Positions 30,978-40,125 of a stretch of 64,000 bases of DNA are shown here, piece after piece. Positions within the stretch are counted from its first letter, which is position 1. Each line of letters opens with the position of its first letter. Both the position numbers and the translations under genes were made by a program. Below the pieces are notes generated by a model. That model was not told the origin of the DNA. It saw only the letters and a program-made list of their open reading frames with translations, and made no database searches. The stretch is taken from positions 77,820-141,819 of the forward strand of contig CAYLJV010000004.1 in assembly GCA_964384105.1 (NCBI GenBank), written 5' to 3'. The stretch comes from Candidatus Hadarchaeota archaeon. GTDB lineage: Archaea > Hadarchaeota > Hadarchaeia > Hadarchaeales > JAGGTB01.

Positions 30978-31079
30978 AGGGCGGTTTCCTTGACTTGGAT
31001 GGAGGTGAGTCAACATCGGAGGAAACAGCCGACGAAACCCCCTCAGTTGGTTCTTTTCAGCATTGTCTTCGCCGCCCTC
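30978..31079 (+). ncRNA. Candidate three-way-junction structured RNA
   Basis: AGGGCGG/CCGCCCT closing stem plus TTTCCT/AGGAAA, TTGACTT/GAGTCAA and GCCGAC/GTTGGT helices (G-U on plus strand). Confidence 0.4.
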
Positions 31080-31108
31080 TGTTTTTAGATTTTCTTTGTG
31101 ATCATTTA

Positions 31109-31294
31109 TTAAGGTGTTCTGCTAGTAAGAGGTCCTCCGGTTTCCCATTTACTATTGCTGAATTCTTTGTTTTCTTCGTAGCAGTCCTTATGCGCTGAAA
31201 TGATTTCCTCGTCTACTTCATCGAACACTACTTTTCGATCATTTTTCCAAAGATTTTCTCCGCATATATCACATTTTTTTTCTTTACTCATCAC
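31109..31294 (-). CDS. Small zinc-finger protein
   Basis: CDICG...HKDC. Confidence 0.7.
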   Translation of the reverse strand: MMSKEKKCDICGENLWKNDRKVVFDEVDEEIISAHKDCYEENKEFSNSKWETGGPLTSRTP

Positions 31295-31468
31295 AGCTAA
31301 ATGAATGGAATTTGGGTAATTAATATAATGCTATTTATAAGGGGGATGTTGCGATTCGCGGATTAATCCATTATTCATTTATAAAGAGACGTTTTATTTT
31401 TCTATGGATGTGGCTCTGGAAAGCTATCCTCTTTAAGTATAAACTAAACATTAGAAAGAGAGAAGAAG

Positions 31469-32410
31469 ATGACGTACAGAATTGCTGTATCGAATCAGAA
31501 GGGAGGAGTTGGTAAGACAACTATTTGTCTTCATCTAGCTGTTGCTGTTGCTAATAAGGGAAGAAAAGTTTTGATAGTTGATCTTGATCCTTCTGGTTAT
31601 CTATCTGAGCATTTAGGCTTAGATCAGTATTATGAAGAGAATCAAAACAGTCTCGCTTATCATTTAGTTGAGGGTCCCCGTGAAAACCCCGAGGGGGCTA
31701 TTTTGAAAACGGGGGAGGGGATTGATGTGGTTCCCTCAGACTATGATATGCGGGGTGTAGAGGATAGACTGAGTGCAAAGAGAAATCGGGAAATGCGGTT
31801 GAAATTTTTCCTAGACCAGATAGACGATAAGTATGATTATACTTTTGTGGATTCGCCACCTTCTGTGGGAATACTTTACGATAATGCCATACTTGCCTGC
31901 GAAAAGGTGGTCATACCGATTAAGGATGAGGATATGAGTATTGTTTCTATCCACAGAGCTTTGGACGAGATCGATGAGATAGAAAAAGCATTTGGAACTA
32001 CTATAGAAATTCTTGCTATCGTCCCGAATCTGGTTAGGCCCGATGGAGTGGCTAATTCCACTCTGGAACGGTTGAGAAGTACAGAGGGTCTGAAAGAATT
32101 TTTAACCCCTTTCGAAATCAGGCAGAGAGTTGCCATTAGAAGAGCTATGAGTAATAGAACTACGTTGTTTAAACACAAACCATCGTGTGACCAAACGGAA
32201 AATTTTGAAAAGTTGGCAGAACTAGTAATATCTAGATGTGAGGAAGCGGTGGATTACCAAGAATTGGCTAGTCAGAATATTTCCGATATAAAGAGCAAGT
32301 CTAAAGAGTTTGACCTGGATTACGGAAAGTTACTGGATGTAGAGAAAGAGAACAAAGACAGAAAGACACTCAAGAGTTGGCTAGAAAGTAAAATCAAGGG
32401 GGAAAAATAG
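31469..32410 (+). CDS. parA: ParA/Soj family ATPase with a C-terminal helical extension
   Basis: KGGVGKTT deviant Walker A, DLDP, DSPP. Confidence 0.93.
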   Translation: MTYRIAVSNQKGGVGKTTICLHLAVAVANKGRKVLIVDLDPSGYLSEHLGLDQYYEENQNSLAYHLVEGPRENPEGAILKTGEGIDVVPSDYDMRGVEDRLSAKRNREMRLKFFLDQIDDKYDYTFVDSPPSVGILYDNAILACEKVVIPIKDEDMSIVSIHRALDEIDEIEKAFGTTIEILAIVPNLVRPDGVANSTLERLRSTEGLKEFLTPFEIRQRVAIRRAMSNRTTLFKHKPSCDQTENFEKLAELVISRCEEAVDYQELASQNISDIKSKSKEFDLDYGKLLDVEKENKDRKTLKSWLESKIKGEK

Positions 32411-32447
32411 ATGCCAGAAGAGATAAATCTAGAAGAGATGAAGAAAG

Positions 32448-32816
32448 TTGAGCAGAAGAAGTAAAATTAGCGAAGATGAAGCTAATAAGCTAGCTAATCG
32501 TTTAGTTAAGAGGCTCAGCGGTGAAAAGGAAACAAAGAAGGAAAGATTAAGACTTGGGGACCGACTTGGAAGGGATGATAAGGAATCGGAAAGTGGTTCT
32601 TCAGTGGAAGAGAACAAGAAGGTCTCTGATTTCTTCAATGAGTTCGAAAAATTGACAGGCAGATATCCAGAATTAAAAAACGTCAAGGTAAGTCAGTTAA
32701 AACAAGTTATTTCCCAAGTAGGCATGAAACATCCAAAAGAAGTCGCTGATATGTTGAGAGAGAGTGAATATAAATCTGAGCTACGTGAGATGAAGGATAA
32801 GTGGATTACTCACTAA
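32448..32816 (+). CDS. Hypothetical ParA partner protein
   Basis: Charged ORF directly downstream of parA; alternative out-of-frame ATG at 32411. Confidence 0.65.
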   Translation: MSRRSKISEDEANKLANRLVKRLSGEKETKKERLRLGDRLGRDDKESESGSSVEENKKVSDFFNEFEKLTGRYPELKNVKVSQLKQVISQVGMKHPKEVADMLRESEYKSELREMKDKWITH

Positions 32817-32832
32817 ATGAGTTTACTTGGTT

Positions 32833-34227
32833 TTATAGAATTTCGATAAACCTTATTTTCTGACTTTTTGTAAAGGACCAATCAGTCTCTGTGAATTCAG
32901 CCCCTACTGCCAGGTCTCCGGGATAGAGACCACCAGTGCTTTCTAAAACAAGCCAATTTTGATCATCTTTATTCCAATATGTGTAGGATAATGTAGTGCC
33001 GTAGTAAACGTCTATTGCTTTCATTATTTCCTCTGTCCTATTTTTGTCTCCTATGTATATCGAAGTAAAAGCGTGGTTTTCGGTAAGGATTATCCGGACT
33101 TCTCCGTCGATTGCTTCGATCATACTGGCCAGTAGGATGGAATGATCCTCACAATCCCCACCTTTTATGTTTAGAGTTTCTTCAGCTTGGGACCAGTAAT
33201 CTTCTCCTGGTTCGTCTTCTATATAGTCTATTTCTTTTCTTACCCAATCGAAAAGAGCACAGATTTTATAGATATTATATCCCTCACCGTAACTTTCTGT
33301 TATCTCGCTTGCTTTTTCAGATATTAATTTAGAATCAGGATCTACCAAACCATCAATTTTGTTGAAGTAGAAGTACTCCGCTTGTATGTACTCCATCTGA
33401 ATGTCATCTTCTAGTTCTTTGAAAGCGTAGCTATTCGGATCCACCCATTTTGTGCCAAAGTCGTACCACTCTTGTCTTCTGTCTCGTGCCAACAGAGATA
33501 TGCCAAATTTAACCTCGTATTCTCCTGGTTGTTCTGGCCCTCCAAATGATAGTAAACCCAAGTTTTGTTCCTTTCCGGGTTCGACTGTGAAGCCTACTTC
33601 TTTTGAATGCCAATGTTCATCTTCCATCCATTCTCCGCTTACACCAACTTTGTATACAAATATTGGATTTTCGCCCCTGTTTTTTACAGTGACATCTACA
33701 ACGCCACCTCGCTTTACATAAAAACGATGTCGAGCCCATTCTAATGAGAAGGCATATCCCGGGGGGAAATTAGAGTCTACTGATGGAGGTTCCTCATAAT
33801 TATTTGGATCGTAATCCGGGACGGCAGGTGCCTCGCTGTTACTGTAGGTTATGTTTGGGATTTTCGCTTCGATCTCTCTTGTAGAGTTTCCTACTGATAT
33901 TGTATGAAAACCGGCCTCTGTGAACTCTTTTTTGAAAGTGTATTCTTTCTCTTCCTTTCCACTAAGAAAGAGTTCTTCAGTATGTTCTATTTTTCCATCA
34001 ATTTTCAGTATGAGATTGTAGAAACCATTTTCATCGCCAATATTTTTAATCCTAAATGAGATTGTGGTTTGTTTATTTAGCTCGGTAGGTGTAGGTGTTA
34101 TTTCTAGATCGGCTATTGTGAACTCTGCAGGTGATTTCTTTTCTGTATTGTAATATTGGAGTATAATAAGCGATGTCAAAACAACAAGGATGATGATAGC
34201 TATACTTATTTTGGTGGAATTTTTTAT
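32833..34227 (-). CDS. Secreted transglutaminase-like protein with CARDB/Ig-like domains; probable ATA start
   Basis: GDCEDHS, NHAF, LEST catalytic-triad region; signal helix complete only from ATA at 34227. Confidence 0.85.
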   Translation of the reverse strand: MKNSTKISIAIIILVVLTSLIILQYYNTEKKSPAEFTIADLEITPTPTELNKQTTISFRIKNIGDENGFYNLILKIDGKIEHTEELFLSGKEEKEYTFKKEFTEAGFHTISVGNSTREIEAKIPNITYSNSEAPAVPDYDPNNYEEPPSVDSNFPPGYAFSLEWARHRFYVKRGGVVDVTVKNRGENPIFVYKVGVSGEWMEDEHWHSKEVGFTVEPGKEQNLGLLSFGGPEQPGEYEVKFGISLLARDRRQEWYDFGTKWVDPNSYAFKELEDDIQMEYIQAEYFYFNKIDGLVDPDSKLISEKASEITESYGEGYNIYKICALFDWVRKEIDYIEDEPGEDYWSQAEETLNIKGGDCEDHSILLASMIEAIDGEVRIILTENHAFTSIYIGDKNRTEEIMKAIDVYYGTTLSYTYWNKDDQNWLVLESTGGLYPGDLAVGAEFTETDWSFTKSQKIRFIEIL

Positions 34228-34405
34228 TTTGACACCTTTTTTAGAATATTTTGACTTCAGAGTTATCTTGTTTGTGCAGATTTTTAAATAATAGATAGTT
34301 CTCAGTTGCTTAGCTGTGGTTTTGTGGTGTGAACTCCCATGTTTCTAACGTTTTTCCTTATTTATTATTTAATTAATAGGAGATCCAAATAATAGCACGG
34401 ATTCT

Positions 34406-34747
34406 ATGAGCAAGGATTTAGAAATAGATACAAAGGAAGGTATAGAATTTTTAGAGAAGTATGATGGGGTACGAGAAGGATAAGAAAATTTCAGTTAAAG
34501 AAATACTTGGCCTTTCGGGAAAAACTGTAGAGAATTGATAGATGAAACGGAACAGAACTGGAACAAATCCCGAAGGGAGAGGGGGTTCTCAACTGAACAT
34601 CAGATTGGCAGATTCAAAAAATGGTTAGAAAAGAGAGTTATAGCGATCATACTATTTCCAATCCTTCGGGAGGGGTCCGAACTTTCTATAACTTCAACAA
34701 GTTTTACTAAACTCAAGCAGGCTTAATTCGAGGAATAGTGCAAAGCC
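34406..34747 (+). pseudogene. Degraded mobile-element remnant (IS5-family-like C-terminus and end)
   Basis: In-frame stops; WNK..RER..TEHQIGRFKKW resembles the DDE 'R..EH.IG..K' motif; ends GTGCAAAGCC, the reverse complement of the 56442 end. Confidence 0.55.
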
Positions 34748-35075
34748 AGAAACTCAAGTTATGGCTATTGATTGTAAGAAGATGAGAAAAATATACAATT
34801 CTACCAATTCAAAACGAAACAAATCACTCTTATTATTCCTTTATTCCTGTATCAGACAGGGCAATCATCAAGTCAAATATCCGAGCTGTATTACGGTGAT
34901 GTGAGTCCAGAGTTAAAAAAGAAAAAATACCCCTTAAAGATTTCATACATCGAGCGTAAAGGTTCTGGACTAAGTTCTTGCACTTTCTTAGGTGCTGACG
35001 CGATTGAGGCTTTAAAATATTATCACGACAAGCAACCCGAAAGACATATATAACAACTTTTCTTTCTTGAAATCT

Positions 35076-35134
35076 GGCGATGAGGTCCGCCTTGACCATT
35101 TGGTCTGAACTGTCCGTTAGGCTGATGACTTCTG
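35076..35134 (+). promoter_or_regulatory. Fluoride riboswitch (crcB motif)
   Basis: GGCGATGAGGTCCGCC...AACTGTC...GGCTGATGACTTCT matches the crcB consensus; ~110 nt upstream of an antiporter. Confidence 0.92.
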
Positions 35135-35243
35135 TGAATTGAAAGGAAGTTTCAGCCATGTTCAAAATATACCCGTATGAAAAAAGAAGAGATCCCAATA
35201 CAAGAACTATTCTAACATTTCTCACCAATAAGGGGGTCAAAAC

Positions 35244-36836
35244 TTGCTTTTAGGCATATTGCTCATCCTAGCAGTAGGTTTTCTACTCGGAGAGTTAGCC
35301 GGACGATTGGGGTTACCTAAGTTGATAGGTATGTTGTTCGGCGGAATACTCATAGGACCAAACGTTCTAGATCTCTTGACTGAACCGATATATGCAGTAT
35401 CAAACGAGATAAGATTGTTCGTTCTTTTAGTGATCCTATTCAAAGCAGGACTCGGTCTTGATAAGGAGAAATTGATGGCTCAGGGTAGCGTTGCATTGAG
35501 GCTTGGGTCCATCCCCTGTATTTTGGAAACGTTCGTTGTTGCCGCCACCACCAGGTGGTTGCTAGGGTGGGGTTGGATATACTGTTTCTTACTAGGATGG
35601 ATCATCTGCGCGGCCTCTCCCGCCGTGATAGTTCCAATGATGCTGAAGTTGAAGTCAAAAGGATGGGGTTCAGAAAAAGGGATACCCGACCTGATACTTG
35701 CAGGAGGTACCTTGAGTGATGCTGTAGCGGTAACAATGTTCGGCATCACGACTGCCTGGATAGTCGGTAACGGTCAAAACGCATGGCTACAATTAGGAAA
35801 CATTCCGTTCAAGATCATCATGGGAATCGTTTTAGGATATGTTGCTGGACGGTTAGCTTTGTTGGTCATCGATAGGGCAAAGCTGACAGGAGAGGTCATA
35901 CCCGAGCTAATAATAAGTCTTGGTATAGGTATCCTTCTACTTGTTGGCGAAGCATACCTACCTTACTCGGATTATCTAGCTATAATGGTCATGGGTTTTG
36001 TTATATTAGACAGGGATACTGTGCTTGCTAGAAGGTTGAGGCGTGAAGTCGACAAGGTGTGGCAGGTGGGGGAAATATTCCTATTTGTACTGATAGGTGC
36101 AGCGGTAGATATACATGTAATATCTTCAACCGGTCTTACCGGTTTAGCAATAATCGGCATCGGTTTGATCGTTGGAAGGACTTTGGGTATATGGGTGTCC
36201 ACTTGGCGTTCTATAATAAATTTTAAGGAGAGAATATTCATGATCATAGGTCAAACTCCTAAGGCAACAGTTCAAGCTGCCATAGGTGGAATACCTCTGA
36301 CTCTAGGTATGATGCATGGGGAATATATACTAGCCATCGCTGTACTATCCATAATCATCACCGCTCCTTTAGGGGCTTTTGGAACAGAGTATTTTACACC
36401 AAAATTCCTCAAAAAGGGTGAAGTAGATCCGACTAAAGTTACGGTGAAAGAGGATTATAAGTTTCTTGTCGCGATGGATGGTTCTCGTGCATCAAGCAAA
36501 GCTTTGAAGGAAGCAGCCCGTATAGCTAGGCAGGTAGATGCAGAGTTGATAATCGTCAACATCTTTAACAAGATCGACAAGAAGCTCTCATCCGAGAGGA
36601 TAGAAAGTGAACTCGAAGTAGTTGAAGATATCGACCATGAGTTTTTGATGTATGAAGGAGATTGTGCAGAATGTATAGTTAAGACCGCCCTGGCTTATGA
36701 CGTAGACTCCTTGTATATGGGTAAAACCGGTAACTCTTCAGGCAACAATACATTGATCGGTAGAGTCAGTAAGGAGGTGGTTGAGAAGTCTCCCATACCA
36801 GTGATACTGGTGGAGGATGATTCAGATGATGAATGA
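35244..36836 (+). CDS. Cation:proton antiporter (CPA1/NHA-like) fused to a universal stress protein domain
   Basis: AASPAVIVP, SDAVA, PKATVQAAIG; C-terminal VAMDGS...IGRVSKEVVEKSPIPVILV. Confidence 0.92.
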   Translation: MLLGILLILAVGFLLGELAGRLGLPKLIGMLFGGILIGPNVLDLLTEPIYAVSNEIRLFVLLVILFKAGLGLDKEKLMAQGSVALRLGSIPCILETFVVAATTRWLLGWGWIYCFLLGWIICAASPAVIVPMMLKLKSKGWGSEKGIPDLILAGGTLSDAVAVTMFGITTAWIVGNGQNAWLQLGNIPFKIIMGIVLGYVAGRLALLVIDRAKLTGEVIPELIISLGIGILLLVGEAYLPYSDYLAIMVMGFVILDRDTVLARRLRREVDKVWQVGEIFLFVLIGAAVDIHVISSTGLTGLAIIGIGLIVGRTLGIWVSTWRSIINFKERIFMIIGQTPKATVQAAIGGIPLTLGMMHGEYILAIAVLSIIITAPLGAFGTEYFTPKFLKKGEVDPTKVTVKEDYKFLVAMDGSRASSKALKEAARIARQVDAELIIVNIFNKIDKKLSSERIESELEVVEDIDHEFLMYEGDCAECIVKTALAYDVDSLYMGKTGNSSGNNTLIGRVSKEVVEKSPIPVILVEDDSDDE

Positions 36837-36919
36837 TACTTATACCGTACTGAAAACCTTGGCAGAGGTTATAGTAGATTCCGAGCGATCTACTTGCTGG
36901 AAATGTATCAAAAAAAGGA

Positions 36920-37300
36920 TTTTTTTCTCTCAATATCTAAAGTCGTACTCTTTTTTGATCAGCTCTCTGACCACATTCTGGTTGTCAGCTCGTTCGTGAA
37001 GTTTCCAGATGCCTTGAACCTTTTTAAAATCTTCAAGATAATATGGCTCTTCAAACATCTAATGATTTAACTATTCTTACGAGCATACGCCAATATAATC
37101 ATCCGACCACAATACCATATATCAGCCAAGCTCCAGCGTCCAATGAGAATGTATCAGGATAAGGAGGTTCCATGCTCTACGCACTCAAAAACTCGATTCT
37201 TATTCCCACTGAGATTCCCAAACCCATGACAAAGGGAACAACGAGTCAGGTCTTTTATCATACTATCTGTTGGGAAATATCCCCATAACTGATATTTAAG
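36920..37300 (-). pseudogene. Probable degraded membrane-protein gene fragment
   Basis: Coding-like fragments (MEPPYPDTFSLDAGAWLIYGIVVG*, KKVQGIWKLHERADNQNVVRELIKKEYDFRY*) interrupted by stops. Confidence 0.3.
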
Positions 37301-37488
37301 AGCTATTGCTAAATTAATTGGAATTAAGGTTTATTCTTAGAAACACCCCCGTTAACACCCAGAAACTCAAAAGACAAACAGAACCAACATGAAAATAAAT
37401 CTCAGGAAGGGCTAGATGAGAGTTATGTTTTGTGAACAAGTTGCTTTTCCAAATCGGAAATAAAAATAAGGAAAAGAGGGTTTCTCTA

Positions 37489-37776
37489 CTATTCTTTTAT
37501 GGCTTTTATTAGTTCATCAATTTTCATAGCTCGCATCGTTTCGAGCTGTATAGATCCTCTGGATCCGATTTCTACCGATATTTTTGCCATGGTTTCGGCG
37601 TCCGGGACTTCTAATACATTTACGAAGTCATATTGGCCAAAGACAATATATTGATTTTTAACTTCTCCACCCATCTTTTCTATCTCATCGTTGACTTCTT
37701 TTATCCTATCTGGATTCTTCTTCAGAGTTTTTCTTCCCTCATCTGTTAACCGACTAAGAACAATATAAGTAGTCAA
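37489..37776 (-). CDS. GYD domain protein
   Basis: LTDEG...GG.V...Y...GQYDFV; GGAGGTGA SD plus TTG. Confidence 0.9.
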   Translation of the reverse strand: MTTYIVLSRLTDEGRKTLKKNPDRIKEVNDEIEKMGGEVKNQYIVFGQYDFVNVLEVPDAETMAKISVEIGSRGSIQLETMRAMKIDELIKAIKE

Positions 37777-37971
37777 TCTTTTCACCTCCGTAGTAGTTTA
37801 GGCGGTTCAGTTTGTTAATTCTAATCTTTTTGATTGGACAGGAGAAAAACAAAAAGAAGTTAGATATATGGTGTTTTTTCTGTGAAAAACAATTTACTAG
37901 CATAGATAGGAGATTATGTTGGTCGGAACAGATTAAAACTTCAATAAGGTGTAAATCTATTCATAGGTATT

Positions 37972-39915
37972 ATGATGAAGAGAGGAGGAAAAAAGAAGAG
38001 AGACAGTGGAGCATCTTATGACAAAAGCCTTCTTACTGATCACGATATTTACCTTTTTAAAGAAGGAAATCACTTTAAGCTCTACGAAAAGTTAGGTTCC
38101 CAACTGATTTCCGATAGCGAAGGCGAAGGAGCTTATTTTGCGGTTTGGGCCCCCAATGCTTCCGAAATATCGGTCATTGGCGATTTTAATGGTTGGAACA
38201 GTGGGAAAAATCCTTTAGAGAAAAGAAGTGATGATTCAGGGATTTGGGAAGGTTTTATTCCTGGTATTAGCCAGGGGGAGGTATACAAATATCACATAAA
38301 ATCTGGGAACGGGAATTATGAGGTTGATAAGGCCGACCCATTTGCTTTCCGCAATGAAGAACCCCCAAAAACCGCTTCGGTAGTTTGGGATCTTGATTAC
38401 GATTGGGATGATAAAGAATGGATGAAAAAGCGGTCTGACTTTAATTCGCTTAATTCTCCTATCTCCGTTTACGAAATTCACCTCGGTTCTTGGAAACGAG
38501 TTTCAGGAGAAGGAAATCGATATCTTAACTATCGGGAATTTGCTCCAGAACTCGTGAGCCACTTAGATGAAACAGGCTTTACCCACGTGGAGTTTATGCC
38601 GTTACTCGAACATCCTTTTTATGGATCTTGGGGATACCAGGCTACGGGATATTTTTCACCCACTAGTCGGTATGGAGATCCGGAAGATCTGATGTATCTA
38701 ATTGATTACCTTCATCAACATGATATTGGGGTGATTATGGATTGGGTTCCGTCTCATTTTCCTGCTGATGAGCACGGACTTAGTTACTTTGACGGGTCTC
38801 ATCTTTACGAATACGAGGATCCCAGGAAGGGGTATCATCCCGATTGGAATAGCTATATTTTCGATTATGGGCGGGAAGGAGTAAGAAACTTCCTTATTAG
38901 TAGCGCGTTATTTTGGCTGGATAGATACCATCTGGATGGCTTGAGAATTGATGGAGTTGCCTCAATGTTGTATTTGGATTATTCTAGACGCTCTGGTGAG
39001 TGGATTCCTAATAGGTATGGAGGAAGAGAGAACCTCGAAGCCATCGATTTTTTGAAAAGTCTGAACAGAGAAGCCTTCAAAAAGTTTCCTGATATTCAGA
39101 TGGTAGCTGAGGAGTCCACAGCATGGCCTATGGTTACTAGGCCAACTTCAGTTGGTGGACTTGGGTTTAGCATGAAGTGGAATATGGGTTGGATGCATGA
39201 TACGTTAGACTATTTTTCTAAGGACCCAATTTATAGAAAGTTCCATCAGAACGAGTTAACCTTTAGCTTTTACTATGCATTTGACGAGAACTTTATTCTC
39301 TCCCTTTCCCACGACGAGGTGGTTCATGGAAAGGGTTCTCTTCTCGATAAGATGTCGGGGGATGATTGGCAAAAATTTGCTAATCTCCGTCTTTTATTAG
39401 GTTATATGTTTGCACATCCCGGGAAGAAATTGCTGTTCATGGGTGCCGAGTTTGGCCAGTGGGACGAATGGGATCATGATAAAAGTCTAGATTGGCATCT
39501 CGCACAATACGATCGGCATAGAGCTATTCAGAATTGGGTGAAGGACTTAAATGACTTTTACAGAAAGGAGCCAATTATGCATGAGAATGATTTCAAGCAT
39601 AAAGGATTTGAATGGATAAGTTCTGATTTTGAGAACAGTGTTTTATCTTTTTTGAGGAAAGATAATAAATCTAATTATATGTTGTCAGTCTGCAACTTTA
39701 CCCCGGTTCCTCGAGAAAATTATCGAGTAGGAGTTCCTCTGGAGGGTAAATGGAAAGAGGTTCTAAATAGTGATGCTGAGGATTACGGTGGGTCGGGATA
39801 TGGGAATTTCGGTGGTCTTGAGACGGCTCCTGTCTCGATGCACGGTAGGGAAAAATCCCTTTCTTTGACACTTCCTCCTTTAGGCATAGTTTTCTTCAGT
39901 GGACCAAAACGATAG
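37972..39915 (+). CDS. glgB: 1,4-alpha-glucan branching enzyme (GH13)
   Basis: [51 protein letters not shown]. Confidence 0.97.
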   Translation: MMKRGGKKKRDSGASYDKSLLTDHDIYLFKEGNHFKLYEKLGSQLISDSEGEGAYFAVWAPNASEISVIGDFNGWNSGKNPLEKRSDDSGIWEGFIPGISQGEVYKYHIKSGNGNYEVDKADPFAFRNEEPPKTASVVWDLDYDWDDKEWMKKRSDFNSLNSPISVYEIHLGSWKRVSGEGNRYLNYREFAPELVSHLDETGFTHVEFMPLLEHPFYGSWGYQATGYFSPTSRYGDPEDLMYLIDYLHQHDIGVIMDWVPSHFPADEHGLSYFDGSHLYEYEDPRKGYHPDWNSYIFDYGREGVRNFLISSALFWLDRYHLDGLRIDGVASMLYLDYSRRSGEWIPNRYGGRENLEAIDFLKSLNREAFKKFPDIQMVAEESTAWPMVTRPTSVGGLGFSMKWNMGWMHDTLDYFSKDPIYRKFHQNELTFSFYYAFDENFILSLSHDEVVHGKGSLLDKMSGDDWQKFANLRLLLGYMFAHPGKKLLFMGAEFGQWDEWDHDKSLDWHLAQYDRHRAIQNWVKDLNDFYRKEPIMHENDFKHKGFEWISSDFENSVLSFLRKDNKSNYMLSVCNFTPVPRENYRVGVPLEGKWKEVLNSDAEDYGGSGYGNFGGLETAPVSMHGREKSLSLTLPPLGIVFFSGPKR

Positions 39916-40125
39916 ATTAGAATATTGGTGACGAAAGTTGTGGGTTCCGGAGTTGAATCCTTTTTTAGAAAGTTGTTGTGGAAGTATTTTACTTGATGGA
40001 AAAAGATTATTTTCTTTACTGAGAAAAAGTGAATGGAGTTAATACGTGTTGCGAGGAAATGTGAAAGGGTATCAAAATTTACGAATTAACCCCAAAATCA
40101 TTGTATATTATGAAAAGGGAGAACT

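Noticed and set aside
30995-31198. 67-aa plus-strand ORF
   Set aside because: Overlaps the RNA candidate and is antisense to the zinc-finger gene; no motif.
34833-35240. 135-aa minus-strand ORF
   Set aside because: Antisense to the fluoride riboswitch leader; no protein-like features.
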